Shown: positions 44,307 through 55,934, counted from the stretch's first letter. The stretch: 64,000 nucleotides of DNA from Acidobacteriota bacterium (GCA_040005235.1 JBDTZG010000001.1:260678-324677); one strand, 5' to 3'. Numbers and translations: made by a program. Notes: a model not told the origin generated them from the letters alone.

Positions 44307-47300
44307 CTACCCGAGCACCACCCGCACCGCGTGCTCCCGGCCGTCGTCCACCAGCGGGATCTCCTCCGTCTCGACCGGCGCGCCGTCCAGCTCGCGGGAG
44401 GCGACTCCCTTCATCACCGAGCTGGGGTTTAGAACCTCGATCCGATAGAGCGCGGTGCCGAAGCGGAGCTCGATCGAAAAGTCGCGCCAGGTGCGGGGGA
44501 TGCATGGGTCGAGGTGGAGCGCGGCGCCGCGGATGCGGCAGCCGAGAATCCATTCGACGGCGGCGCGGTACATCCAGGAGGCCGAGCCGGTGTACCAGGT
44601 CCATCCTCCCCGGCCGACGTGCGGCGGCTCGGCGTAGACGTCGGCGGCGACGACGTAGGGCTCGACCTTGTAGCGGTACACCCCGGCGCGGGTCGAGGCG
44701 TGATGGATCGGGTTGAGCAGCGCGAACAGCTCGCCGGCCCGGTCGCCGTCGCCCAGCTCGGCGAAGGCGATCACCGTCCAGATCGCGGCATGGGTGTACT
44801 GGCCGCCGTTCTCGCGCACCCCCGGTGGGTAGTCTTGAATGTAGCCGGGGTCGTGGCTTCCCGCCCCGCGCGAGGAGGGGTCGAACGGCGGCGCGAACAG
44901 GCGGATCAGGCCGTTGCCGCGCTCGACCAGATGGGCATCGACCGCGTTCATCGCGCGCGCCGCCCGGGAGGGATCGGCGGCGTGAGAGATCACCGCCCAG
45001 GATTGGGCGATCGAGTCGATCCGGCATTCGGCGTCCGCCGCCGAGCCGATCGTCGCGCCATCGTCGTAGTAGGCCCGGCGGTACCAGGCACCGTCCCAGC
45101 CGGCGTCTTCGAGCGCGGCGCGGAGCGTCGCGGCGCGGGCCCGCCAGGCGGCCGCCCGCTCGGGCTCGCCCCGTTCCTCGGCGAACGGCGCGAAGGCGTC
45201 GATCACCGACAAGAGGAACCAGCCGAGCCAGATGCTCTCGCCTTTGCCTTCCAGGCCCACCCGGGAAAAACCGTCGTTCCAGTCGCAGGAGCCGATCAAC
45301 GGCAGGCCGTGAGGGCCGGGCAGCAGCGCGCGGTCGATCGCCCGGGCGCAATGTTCGTAGAGCGGCGCCCGCTGGGCGGAAATCTCGGGCAGGCGGTAGT
45401 CCTCGTGCTGCCCGGCGGCGATCGGCGGCTGGTCGAGGAACGGCACCTCCTCGTCGAGCACCGCGCGTTCGCCCGTCGTGGCGACGAAGTGCGCCGCGGC
45501 GAAGGGCAGCCAGAGCAGGTCGTCCGAACAGAGCGTGCGGACGCCGCGGCCGCTCGGCACGTGCCACCAATGCTGGACGTCCCCTTCGACGAACTGGCGC
45601 GACGCCGCGCGGAGCAGCTGATCGCGGGCGACGTTCCGGTCGGCGACGGCGAGGGCCATCGAATCCTGCAATTGATCGCGGAAACCGAACGCGCCGCTCG
45701 ACTGGTAGAACGCGGTGCGCCCCCAGATCCGGCTGGAGAGCGCCTGATAGAGCAGCCAGCGGTCGACCAGCAGATCGAACGCCGGGTCGGGCGTGCGCAC
45801 GGTGAGAGCGCCGAGAACCACGTCCCAGCCGGCCTCGACTTGCTCGAATAGGGCGCTCGCGTCGGTGGCGGAGTAGCGGGCGATCAGGTCGAGCGCCTCG
45901 GCGCGGTCCGTGCCCTGGCCGAGCAGGAAGACGACCTCCGTGCCGCCGCCGGGCGTCAGGTCGAGGCGGGTGAGCAGGGCGGCGCAGGGATCGAGTCCGG
46001 CGCCCATGCGGCCGGACCAGGGGGTGCGTCGGATCATCCCCGCGGGGGTGGCGAGCGTGCCATGCCGGCCGAGGAATTCGCGCCGGTCCGCGGTGGCGGC
46101 GACCTTGCCGCCGGAGAGCCAGGCGAAGGAGACGCGGGAGCGAAAATCCTCGTTCCAGGAGTTGGCGGCGAGCAGGGCGCCGGTCGCCGGGTCGCGTTCG
46201 GTGACCACGAACGGGGCCGAGGCGGCGCGCGAGTTGCCCAGCACCCACTCGACATAGGCGGCGACCGACAGGCTGCGCCGCCGTCCCGACAGGTTCTTGA
46301 GCGTCAGGCGCGCGATCCGGACCGGCTCCTTCGGCGCCACGAAAACCAGCAGCTCGAGCCCGATGCCGTGCCCGGCGTGCTCGAACCGGCTCCAGCCCTG
46401 GCCATGGCGGCAGACGTAAGTGCCCGTCTCATCGCGGATCGGCAGCGCGGTGGGGCTCCACAGCTCGCCGGTCTCCTCGTCGCGGACATAGATCGCCTCG
46501 CCGGGCGGATCGCAGACCGGATCGTTCGACCAAGGGGAGAGGCGGTTTTCGCGCGCGTTCTCGGCCCAGGTGTAGCCGGCGCCCGATTCCGAGATCTGAC
46601 AGCCGAATCGGGGGTTGGCGATCACGTTCAGCCATGGGAGCGGCGTCCTCTGGCCGGCATTGAGGACGATCACGTACTCGCGGCCGCCGCGGGCGAATCC
46701 GCCGAGGCCGTTCCACTGCGCAAGGTCGCGATCGGCTGCAGCGGAAAGCAGCGCCGGAGCCTTGGCCGTGAGCGGGCTTCTGGGCAGCGCTGGGGGAGCG
46801 GCGATGCGCGCCGAAGTGAGGCGTTGGAGCTGCTCGGGAAGCGACCCCTGGTGCGCCACCAGCACGACGCGGGCGACCGTGCGCAGGAGGTCGCGATGTT
46901 CCTCGGGCATTTGATCGGCGCGCAGGACGAACACCGTCCCGGTCGGAGCGCCGGAGTGGGCAAAAGTCGCGCCCCCTTGGGTCTGCGCGGTGCGCACGAT
47001 GCTCTGCAGCTCCGCCTGCAGCTCCTGGACGTAGGCGCTCGGCTGTTCGTTCAGGATCACCAGGTCGGTGGCCAAACCCTTGGTGCGCCAGAACTGATGG
47101 GCGAGGACGAGCTGGCGGGCGATCTCGCGGTCTTCGATCTGGGAGATGCGCAGGAGCACGATCGGCAGGTCGCCCGAGATCCCGTGGCCCCACAGTGCGC
47201 TCACGCCCAGGCGGTTGCGCGCGAGGATCGCGGAAGAGGCGCGCAGGTCGGGGTTGGCGAATACCAGATCGGCCGCGAGGCGAAGGTAGAGGTGCGCCTC

Positions 47301-50300
47301 GTCGGGCTGGATGCCGAAATGCCGCTGCTCGACCTGCGCGAGCGTCCAGGCGAGGCCGGACGCCCGTCCGTAGGCGCTCGCCTCGGAGAATTTTTCGACC
47401 AGCCGGACGGCCTCCTCTCGGCTGGCGGCCGCCCCGGTGACGAACAGCGCGCGGACTTTGGCCCCGGGCGGCACGATCACTGTGCGGCGCAGGCTGAACA
47501 CAGGATCGAGCACCGAGCCGACGGTGCCGGAAAGCGGCCGTCCTTCGACGATCGCCAGCGGCCGGCGCAGGCCGAAGCCCCGGCCGAGGAACCGTGCGCG
47601 GTCGGTTTCGTGCTCCGGCGGCCCCACGGTCTCTCCCTCGACCGCGAGCACGTGGGCCGCCCATGGGGCGGGTCCGGCTCCCGAGCCGCTCGCGCGCCGG
47701 GTGGCGAGCAGGGCGTGCGGCCAGCGCAGCGCCTCGGTCGCGACGAACAGTTTGGAAAACGCCGGGTGCGCCTCGTCGGCCCCCTGGGTAGCGAGCGAGA
47801 TCTCGGCGTAGGAGGTGATCTCGATCGAGCGCGGCTCGTCGCCGCTGTTGGTGAGCGTCAGCCGCCGCAGCTCGGCGTTCTCCTCGGTCGAGACGATCAC
47901 CTCCATCTGACAGGACACGGCGCCGTCGGTGCGCCGGATCTCCACCTTTTCGGCCGACAGCTGGACGCGGTAGCTGTCGGGTTCGACCGCGGTCGGCTGG
48001 TAGCCGGCGGACCAGACCTTGCCGGAGGACAGATCGCGCAGATAGAAGAACGTGCCGGAATCGTCGCGCGTCGCGTCCTCGCGGAAGCGGGTCACCGCCA
48101 GGCCGCGGAAGCGGCTCCAGCCGGCCCCGGAGCTGGTGACCAGGACGGCGTAGTCGCGGTTGGCGAGCAGATGAATGCGCGGGGTCGAAAGGTGCGGCGT
48201 ATCGAACAGGCGCAGACCGGAATGTACCCCGGCGCGGACCCGCAGCGCGGGCTTCTCCTCGGGCGCCGGGCGAGCCACCACGACGTCGCGCGGCGTCCGC
48301 TCCTGGAGCAGCAGCTCGACCGCCCGCCCGAGCGGATGACCGTGGAAACGCCGCCGCAGCGCGCCGTCCGCCAGAACGTCGGCGAGCGCCAGCAGAGTCA
48401 TCCCCTGGTGGTGCGCCATATAGGTGCGGATCACCGCGAACGACTCGCCTTCAGGTACCCGGCGACTGGTGAAATCGAGCGCCTCGTAAAAGCCGTAGCG
48501 ACCGCGCGCGCCGAGTTGGTCGAAACGCCGGAAATTGGCGATCGCAGCCTCCGGCTCGAACAGCGTCGCGAGGCCGGTCGCATAGGGTGCGATCACCAGC
48601 TCGTCGGCCGGGGCGCGGCGCAGCCCCAGGCGCGGCACGCCGAACGGCCCGTACTGATAGTTGAGCTCCAGGTCGCGCTCGTTGTAGGCGCTCTCGGAGA
48701 TCCCCCACGGGACGCCGTGCTCGGCGGCGTAGCGGATCTGTTCGCCGACCACCAGCCGGACGGTCGTCCCGAGCAGGCTGCGCTCCGGTTCGAGCAGCAC
48801 CAGGCTAGGCATCAGATACTCGAACATCGATCCCGACCATGAAAGCAGGGCCGAGCCGCGGCCGATCGGCGTGAGCGGCCGGCCGAGCCGGAACCAGTGC
48901 TCGTGCGCCACGTCGCCCTTGGCGATCGCCAGTAGGCTCGTCAGGCGCGCTTCGGAAGCGAGCAGGTCGTAGCAGGAGGGGTCCGCCTGCCGCTCGTCTG
49001 CGCGGAAGCCGATCACCAGCAGCTTGCGGACGGGGTCGAGCAGGAACGCGAAATCCATCTCGCGCGCGAAGCGCTCGGCGCGTTCGGCGAGGGCGGCGAA
49101 GCGCTCGGCCAGGCGGGCGGTCAGATCGGCGTCTTCAGCCGCTTGGAGGTCGCGGGCGTAACTCGCCGCCGTCCGCTCCAGCGCCTCGGCCCAGGATTGA
49201 GCCTCCGCCGCCGCGGCGCCCGGATTCGCCGCGGCCAGCGCGCTCGCGATGTCGGTGAGCCCTTGGGCGCTGCGGCGGACCGCGGTGATGTCCGCCAGCT
49301 CGGTCCCGGCGTTCCTCACGCTCCGCGCCGCGGGCATCGAGCGGATCGCCCGATCGAGGCCGTCGAGCGCCGCTTCGAGGTCGCGCGCGCCGACCGCTCC
49401 TCCCTTGCCGGTCGCTGGAGCGCGAGCCGCCGAGTCGCGGACGAGCGCCAGGACGTCGGCCAGGCCCCGGTTGACGGCCTCGCGCCGGATCGGCGATCGA
49501 GGGTCCGCCGCGGTCGGGCCGGCCAGCTCCAGGCAAGCGGTCGAGAGCGCGATCAGGTGGCCGCACAGGTTGCCGCTGTCGACCGTCGAGACGTAGCGCG
49601 GCTCCAGGGTGGCGAGCGTCCGGGTGTCGTACCAGTTGAACAGATGGCCGTTGTAGCGCTCCAGGCGGTCGAGGGTCGAAAATGTCGCCTCCAACCGTTC
49701 GAGCGTCTCGATCCGGCCCGCCCATCCGAGGTCGTAGGCGGTGACGTTCGAGAGCAGGGCGAGCCCGATGTTGGTCGGCGAGGTCCGGGGCGCGACTTTC
49801 GGCTGCGGGTCTTCCTGGAAATTGTCGGGCGGCAGGAAATTCTCGGTCGCGTTGGTGAAGCGCTCGAAGAAACCGAAGCATTGGCGGCCGATCCGCCGCA
49901 GATACAGCTGCTGCGCCGGTTCGAGCGATTCGCGCGATGCGAAAACCGTGGGCAGGCTCAGAATGCGCGCGAAGAGGGGGGCCAGGAGCCACAGGGAGGC
50001 AAACGGCAAGGTCGCCGGAAACGCCGAGGGCCGAAGCAACGCCACCAGCGCCGGGGTGAGGACCGCCGCGATCGGCGCGCCGATCAAACGGAGGTAGAAG
50101 CCGGACCGGTCCAGGGTGGCTCCCGCCCCGGCCTGCGCGGCGGTCACCCATTCGAGCATCCGTCGGCGGACGATCAGGCGATAGAGGGTGCGGAAGATCG
50201 AGTCGAGCCGAAGGACGGCCCGGGCGGGCAACAGGGCGATGCTCACCTCCGACTGCGTGAGAACCGTCTGGAGGTCGCCGAGCAGGGCGCCGACGTGGGT

Positions 50301-52967
50301 GCGCTTGGCGATGCCGCGCCGGGTCGGCAGCAGGCCGACGATCGTCGAGAGGAGGCTCGGCAGGATCATCAGGGCGATCACCGCGAGGTCCCAGACCCCC
50401 GCGCCGAAGGCCCCCGTCGGCACCAGCAGCCAGCCCAGAAGCAGCAGCAGGAACGATGCGGGGGCGGCGAGCGAACGGCGCAGGTTGTCGAGCATCTTCC
50501 AGCGGGTGAGGGCGGAGAGCGGGTTCCTCTCGCGCCCGCCGGAGGCGGTCGGCGCCGTGGGCAGAAGCCAGGGGAGCAGTTGCCAGTCGCCGCGCACCCA
50601 CCGGGATTGGCGCGAGGCGTTGGCCAGCAGGTGCGACGGGAATTCGTCGAATAGGACGATGTCGCTCGCGAGGCCGGCGCGCGCGAATCCCCCTTCGAAC
50701 AGATCGTGCGACAGCAGGGCGTTTTCCGGCGCCCGGTCGAACAGCGCGGTCTCGAAGGCGTCGACCTCGTAGATCCCCTTGCCGACGTACGACCCCTCGC
50801 CGAACAGGTCCTGGTAGACATCGGAGATCGCGGCGACGTAGGGATCGACCCCGGTCGGACCGGAGAAACTCCGCTGATAGAGCGAGTCGTCGCCATAGGC
50901 CGGCAGCAGCGAGACGACCCGCGGCTGGAGGATGCCGTACCCGGAGATCACCCGCCGGGTGCGCGGATCGAACTGCGGCCGATGCAGCGGATGCCCGAGG
51001 GCGCCGACCATCGCGCCGACCGCGCCGGGCGGCAGCCGGGTGTCGGCGTCCAGGGTGATCACGTAACGGACCCCCGACGGCACCTCCGGCGGGCCGGCGT
51101 CCCCTTCGAAACTGGTGTCGGTGGCGCCGCGCAGCAGGCGGTTCAGCTCGTGCAGCTTCCCGCGCTTGCGCTCCCAGCCCATCCAGCGCCCCTCGCTCGG
51201 ATTCCACAGCCGGCGGCGATGGAGCAGGAAGAAACGCGGCCCGGTCTCATCGCCATCCTGGAGCGGTCCGTACCGTTCGTTCAACCGGGCGATCCCTTCG
51301 GCGGCGCAGCCGAGCAGGTCGGCGTCCGCCTCCGTCTGCTGGCTCGCCGCGTCGGCGAAATCGGCGAGCAGGGCGAAACCCACGGAGCCCTCGGGATTCG
51401 CCAGGTAGTGGACCTCCAGGCGTTCCACCTGCTCGTCGATCGCCGACGCTTCGAGCAGCGTGGGCACGACGACCAGGGTTCTCAACTCCGGAGGAGGACC
51501 GGCTTTGAGCGCGAGCTTGGGCAGCCGCCGGGCGGGGACCCAGGCCGCGACCAGGCGGTTGACGATCGCGAAGCTCAGATCCGAGACCGGAACCAGCGCT
51601 AGCAGGGCGAGCAGCGAGAGCCCCGGGCCGGAGACTCCGGCTTGGCGCAGGAAGTAGAGGGCGGGCGCGAGCAGCAGGGCGGTGACGAACGCCGCCCCGC
51701 CGAGATAGCCCGGAAGCCCCGCGGCGACCGCCGCCCGGGTGATCCGCTGCCGGAAAGTCGGGCGAAAGCCGATCTCGCGCTCGAACGCGCGGCGGCCGGG
51801 GCCGACCAGGACGGAACCCACGTGCCCCTTCGCCGACTCGCCGGCCGGTTCGGGAGTCGCGGTGGCCCCGGTGTCCACGGGGTTCCCAGTCCCTGTGTTT
51901 CCGACCCTCTCGATCGCCCGTTCGGCCACTTCGATCTCGGCCCTCCGGGCGCCGCGCGCCAACTCCTCGATCGCGTGGCGATACAGGTCCCGGCTCTCGA
52001 AATCCTGCAGCTCGTAGACGCCGGACGGATCGCGCCGGAGCACGTCGTCGACCAGGGAGGCTTCCTCGACGAAGCGTGCCCAATCGAAGGCCGCGATCCG
52101 TCGCATGCTGTAGATGACGTTGGCGACGCTCACCTGGGTCACGGCCTGGCGCTGGTGCTCCAGATGGATGACCTCGTCCTCGCCCGCCCCGCTCGCTTCG
52201 ATCAGCGCGCAAAGCCGGGCGAGCAGGGGAGTCGCTTCCCGGTCCTGCTCGCGCAGGCGCTGCAGGAGCTGGACGGCGAACGCCAACTCGGGGCTTTCGG
52301 GGGAAAGATCGAGCCGGCTTAGGGCCTCGTCCTGCCGGGCTCCGAGGCCGAGCACGCCATCGGCGATCGCGTCGGCCCGGGCACGCGCAGCGAGCCGCGC
52401 CACCACCCCGTCGGCCAAGCGGCGGAGATTTTCGATCAGCGCGATGCGCAGATGGATTCCGATCGCCCAAAGCTCGCCGATGCGCAGCGGGACGCCGCGC
52501 TGGTAGCCCCGGACGAAGCGCAGCAGAAGATCCGGATCGAAGCGGCTGTCGGTGTGTTCGACGAAACTCAACGAGAGCGCATAGACGCGCGGCAGCCCCT
52601 CCCACGGGCCCGCGTCGAGTTTCGGCAGCTCGCGGTAGAAACGCGGCGAGAGATCCTGCCGGATCTGCCGCTCCTGCTCTTCGACCAGGTAAAAGTTGTC
52701 GACCAACCAGGCCGCCCCGAGGGTGATCGCCCGCTGCTCGCCAACCGCTTTCTCAAGCGCGATACGCGCCGCTCGCAGGGCGGTGCGGTTGTCATGCAGC
52801 CGTGGCAGCAGCGGCCGGCCGCGGCGGGAGCGCGCGGCGACCTGCGCGGCGCCCAACTCCTCGGCGCGCTGCTCCAGCGGATCGGCGCCCAAGATCTCGC
52901 CACGAATCGGCTCAAGGCGCACAGGGCGAGGAAGGCTGGCGGAGGGATCGGCGGTGGATGATTTCAT
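44307..52967 (-). CDS. ndvB: Cyclic beta-1,2-glucan synthase (Cgs/NdvB/ChvB)
   Basis: About 2890 aa; WLVDNFY, GWERKRGKL, TLDADT, LLSHDLFEG, RWVRGDWQL, LPPDNFQE, SWSGSMFEYLMP, YQSSGAFGFRDQLQD, RENGGQYTH, GWTWYTGS. Confidence 0.93.
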   Translation of the reverse strand: MKSSTADPSASLPRPVRLEPIRGEILGADPLEQRAEELGAAQVAARSRRGRPLLPRLHDNRTALRAARIALEKAVGEQRAITLGAAWLVDNFYLVEEQERQIRQDLSPRFYRELPKLDAGPWEGLPRVYALSLSFVEHTDSRFDPDLLLRFVRGYQRGVPLRIGELWAIGIHLRIALIENLRRLADGVVARLAARARADAIADGVLGLGARQDEALSRLDLSPESPELAFAVQLLQRLREQDREATPLLARLCALIEASGAGEDEVIHLEHQRQAVTQVSVANVIYSMRRIAAFDWARFVEEASLVDDVLRRDPSGVYELQDFESRDLYRHAIEELARGARRAEIEVAERAIERVGNTGTGNPVDTGATATPEPAGESAKGHVGSVLVGPGRRAFEREIGFRPTFRQRITRAAVAAGLPGYLGGAAFVTALLLAPALYFLRQAGVSGPGLSLLALLALVPVSDLSFAIVNRLVAAWVPARRLPKLALKAGPPPELRTLVVVPTLLEASAIDEQVERLEVHYLANPEGSVGFALLADFADAASQQTEADADLLGCAAEGIARLNERYGPLQDGDETGPRFFLLHRRRLWNPSEGRWMGWERKRGKLHELNRLLRGATDTSFEGDAGPPEVPSGVRYVITLDADTRLPPGAVGAMVGALGHPLHRPQFDPRTRRVISGYGILQPRVVSLLPAYGDDSLYQRSFSGPTGVDPYVAAISDVYQDLFGEGSYVGKGIYEVDAFETALFDRAPENALLSHDLFEGGFARAGLASDIVLFDEFPSHLLANASRQSRWVRGDWQLLPWLLPTAPTASGGRERNPLSALTRWKMLDNLRRSLAAPASFLLLLLGWLLVPTGAFGAGVWDLAVIALMILPSLLSTIVGLLPTRRGIAKRTHVGALLGDLQTVLTQSEVSIALLPARAVLRLDSIFRTLYRLIVRRRMLEWVTAAQAGAGATLDRSGFYLRLIGAPIAAVLTPALVALLRPSAFPATLPFASLWLLAPLFARILSLPTVFASRESLEPAQQLYLRRIGRQCFGFFERFTNATENFLPPDNFQEDPQPKVAPRTSPTNIGLALLSNVTAYDLGWAGRIETLERLEATFSTLDRLERYNGHLFNWYDTRTLATLEPRYVSTVDSGNLCGHLIALSTACLELAGPTAADPRSPIRREAVNRGLADVLALVRDSAARAPATGKGGAVGARDLEAALDGLDRAIRSMPAARSVRNAGTELADITAVRRSAQGLTDIASALAAANPGAAAAEAQSWAEALERTAASYARDLQAAEDADLTARLAERFAALAERAERFAREMDFAFLLDPVRKLLVIGFRADERQADPSCYDLLASEARLTSLLAIAKGDVAHEHWFRLGRPLTPIGRGSALLSWSGSMFEYLMPSLVLLEPERSLLGTTVRLVVGEQIRYAAEHGVPWGISESAYNERDLELNYQYGPFGVPRLGLRRAPADELVIAPYATGLATLFEPEAAIANFRRFDQLGARGRYGFYEALDFTSRRVPEGESFAVIRTYMAHHQGMTLLALADVLADGALRRRFHGHPLGRAVELLLQERTPRDVVVARPAPEEKPALRVRAGVHSGLRLFDTPHLSTPRIHLLANRDYAVLVTSSGAGWSRFRGLAVTRFREDATRDDSGTFFYLRDLSSGKVWSAGYQPTAVEPDSYRVQLSAEKVEIRRTDGAVSCQMEVIVSTEENAELRRLTLTNSGDEPRSIEITSYAEISLATQGADEAHPAFSKLFVATEALRWPHALLATRRASGSGAGPAPWAAHVLAVEGETVGPPEHETDRARFLGRGFGLRRPLAIVEGRPLSGTVGSVLDPVFSLRRTVIVPPGAKVRALFVTGAAASREEAVRLVEKFSEASAYGRASGLAWTLAQVEQRHFGIQPDEAHLYLRLAADLVFANPDLRASSAILARNRLGVSALWGHGISGDLPIVLLRISQIEDREIARQLVLAHQFWRTKGLATDLVILNEQPSAYVQELQAELQSIVRTAQTQGGATFAHSGAPTGTVFVLRADQMPEEHRDLLRTVARVVLVAHQGSLPEQLQRLTSARIAAPPALPRSPLTAKAPALLSAAADRDLAQWNGLGGFARGGREYVIVLNAGQRTPLPWLNVIANPRFGCQISESGAGYTWAENARENRLSPWSNDPVCDPPGEAIYVRDEETGELWSPTALPIRDETGTYVCRHGQGWSRFEHAGHGIGLELLVFVAPKEPVRIARLTLKNLSGRRRSLSVAAYVEWVLGNSRAASAPFVVTERDPATGALLAANSWNEDFRSRVSFAWLSGGKVAATADRREFLGRHGTLATPAGMIRRTPWSGRMGAGLDPCAALLTRLDLTPGGGTEVVFLLGQGTDRAEALDLIARYSATDASALFEQVEAGWDVVLGALTVRTPDPAFDLLVDRWLLYQALSSRIWGRTAFYQSSGAFGFRDQLQDSMALAVADRNVARDQLLRAASRQFVEGDVQHWWHVPSGRGVRTLCSDDLLWLPFAAAHFVATTGERAVLDEEVPFLDQPPIAAGQHEDYRLPEISAQRAPLYEHCARAIDRALLPGPHGLPLIGSCDWNDGFSRVGLEGKGESIWLGWFLLSVIDAFAPFAEERGEPERAAAWRARAATLRAALEDAGWDGAWYRRAYYDDGATIGSAADAECRIDSIAQSWAVISHAADPSRAARAMNAVDAHLVERGNGLIRLFAPPFDPSSRGAGSHDPGYIQDYPPGVRENGGQYTHAAIWTVIAFAELGDGDRAGELFALLNPIHHASTRAGVYRYKVEPYVVAADVYAEPPHVGRGGWTWYTGSASWMYRAAVEWILGCRIRGAALHLDPCIPRTWRDFSIELRFGTALYRIEVLNPSSVMKGVASRELDGAPVETEEIPLVDDGREHAVRVVLG

Positions 52968-53073
52968 CGTAGCGGGTCTGAGAACGGCGGCCCGCGGCAC
53001 GGCTCGTGCGCCTTCGGGCGCTACTGCGCACCCGGCTCGATTCGACCCACCGCCCCTGAGCATATCCCGAGCC

Positions 53074-53089
53074 TGCAAAGGCGTTGCCC
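53074..53089 (-). promoter_or_regulatory. Candidate sigma54 promoter upstream of the glucan synthase
   Basis: Minus strand GGGCAACGCCTTTGCA (GG-N10-GC); inverted repeat ggcaa-tct-ttgcc at 53142-53154 further upstream. Confidence 0.45.
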
Positions 53090-53321
53090 GGATTCGGTCG
53101 GGGAACTCCCAGAAAGGCTCCCGCGAAGGGCCCAGCTTGATGGCAATCTTTGCCGCTAAGGGCTAGCGTTCTTCTCCGCGCTCCGGCATCGGACCGACCC
53201 GTCGCTCGATTCGCACGGCGATTCGCATGATCTCGCGCCGCTGCCGTGGTGTTCGATGTCCTGCTCGTCACCATGCTCGAATCCCACAAATGCGGCCCCC
53301 GGGTGGGGCTCGGGCCGCACT

Positions 53322-55858
53322 CTACGGATCGCGCAGGTTGTAACCGTAGATCGCAAACTTCTGCGCACCTCCCGCCACGTTCTCACCGGTAACCTTGAGC
53401 GTCAGCTGCTGGCCGGCGGCAAAGAAACCGGCCGGGACGAAAATCGCCTCGACGTTGTTGATCGCATCGACGAACGGAGGCTTGGCATCCGGCAGGAAGC
53501 GCTGCGAATACCCGTCGTCCAACCCGCCGCGATTCTCATGGAAGTTGTTGCCGGCGAAATAGGCCCCCGATCCGACCTCCTCGGCGAGCAGACCGAGGTT
53601 GTTGACGAGAGCCGCCTGCGAGCTGCCGAACGCCTGGGTCGGCGGATCGGACCAGACGAGCACGATCAAGGTTTCGCGCGCCGGATCGTCCACCGTACGG
53701 GTCCAGGTGCGTTGCTGGCCGGTTGAAACGGCGAGGCCCTGATTGTCTTTCCGGTAGAAGCGAGCTGCTCCATCGGTCAGGCGGTTCAGATCGACCCGCC
53801 CCCATCCGCTGTTCGGACTCGGCCGGTGGTCGTTGGTAAGAAAGTTGCCGAGATCGGCCGCCGTGGCGATCAGCGCCGCCTTGATCAGGCTCGGGGACGG
53901 ATCTCCATCACGGTCCATGAACCACTTGCGGGCGTGCGCCGAGACCCCGGCGACCACCGGCGCCGCAAAGCTGGTCCCGGTGCCGTAGGAGTGGTACCCC
54001 ACGGGCGGTGTTGGGTAGACCAGTGTGCATGCTACCGTGCTCTCGTACGCGGCAAAATCGAACGGCACGGTGGAAAAGACGCGCACCCCGGGAGCGACCA
54101 GATCCGGCTTGATCCGCGTCGTATGAGCCATCGCGGGGCCGGGGAGGGGTCCGTACGAACGTCCGCGCCCGCTGAACGAGCCGATCCGCGCGATGTGCAG
54201 CGCGTCGAGGTCGGGGGGGGGGTGTTGTTTGGATTCTCCTGGCAGGCGAGGGGAGGCCCCTGCGAGACCGGCCGATAGTTGGCGGAGGCGCCCACCGAGA
54301 TGACGTTCTTCGCCGTCGCAGGTGTCGACACCGTGTCGCGAAAGATCGTCGAAGTCGCGTAGTCCCAGGCCTGGTTGCCCGCCGAAAAGACGATCGTCAT
54401 CGGTTGGGCTCCCGCGATGAAGCTGTTCGCATCGCGAACCCGCGCATCGAAGAACTGGGCGCTATCGTCGTACGAGGCGACCGCCCGCTCAACACCGCTG
54501 ACCGTTTGACGAAGATTCCAACTGTTGGTCGCAATCGCGGCCCCTACAGCCAGGTCGTCGGCGTAGGCCTGCTCGTGGTCTTCGAGGTCGTCGATATGCA
54601 AAAACTTCGTTGCCGCGACCCTGCACGTCGGACAGATCCCGGTGCCATAGGCGAACCCTTGCGGGTCGAGCTCGTTTGTTTTTGCTCCGTTGCCTGCCAC
54701 GATCCCCGCGACCATGGTGCCATGGCCAATTAGGTCGCCCGTATCGCTCAAGGAGGGGGGCTGCTTTTTGAGCGAGACGAAACGCGTTGAGATCTCAAGG
54801 TCGGGATGGGGGACATCCTCCTCCTCTCCCTTGTTGTCGAATCCCGAATCATGAATGGCAACCACCTGCGGATGGGTCGGCGACTCCAGCCCTCGAGCGA
54901 CCAGCCAGGCGCGGTAGCCGGGGGTCGTGACGCTCGCGCCGTCATGGTTGCCGGCGACGATCTGGCCCTGGCGCTCGTCGCTCCACTCGCCACTACCTCG
55001 TGCGACCACGCTCAGCAGGTCGGGCTCGTCGGCGACGATCTGGCGCAGCGCGGCCGGGGTGGTCTGGATCTCGGCCAGCGGATAGCCGAGCTCGGAGGTG
55101 CGCGCGTTGTTCCACAGGCCCGCACTCGGCCAGCGTTCGGCCTTGGCGCCCAGATCGGTCCCGGGCAAGAACTGGAGAACGTAACCGAGGGGCCGGGTTC
55201 CCTCGAACAGATCCGCCGCCGCACGATCCGAGGCGAGCCAGGGCTCGGCCCAGGCGATGCGGCTGGCTACACCACAGGCGGCAAGCGCATCGAGCCCGCC
55301 GCCGCGCAGCAGCAGGGTGCGCTGCTGGAAGTACGCGATCCTCGTGAAGCCGCAGCTTTCGAGCGCTTCCTGCCATTCGTCCCGCAAGGGATAGGCGAAC
55401 TGAGCGAGCAGTAATCCGGGGATCGGTTTCGGTTCGACCACCGCCCCACCAGCCAGAGCGTGCGCCCCCGGGACGGAGGGATCGAATCCGAAGTGGGGCA
55501 ACTCGATCCAGCGATCCGGTCCGACCCCAACGGTCAAGCCGTTCCCGACCGCGGCGAGACGGGCTTTCTCGGCCGCCTTGCCCGGCAGGTAGGTCGAGAC
55601 GAAGCTGTCGTACTCGATCGCTCCAGGACCGAGCAAGGCGGTCACGCCCTTCGGGATCGGCGCGTAGACTTCGCCGGGTGGCAGTTCCGCGACCGCCTCG
55701 GCGTCGCGGCCGTGATCGATCAGGCGCTTCTGAATCTGAAGGTAGGTGAGGCCCTCGTAGGCGGAAGCCACGTCAGCGGCGTAGAGGCTACTCGACAGCG
55801 TGAGCAATGAACAGGAAAAGGCCACAAAAGCGCACAGTAGGTTCGGCTTGCGACGCAT
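53322..55858 (-). pseudogene. Secreted S8 (subtilase) serine protease, frameshifted at a C10 homopolymer
   Basis: 5' ORF: signal peptide, VAIHDSG (Asp), GHGTMVAG (His), FSAGN. 3' frame: FSGRG, IKPDLVAPG, GTSFAAP (Ser), GWGRVDL. The frame changes at G10, 54213-54222. Confidence 0.85.
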
Positions 55859-55934
55859 TTTATTTCCTTATTATAAATGTTCGGGTGCGATAAAGTTCTT
55901 GTCGCTCTGGACTTCGACCGGCAGCCGGCCCACC

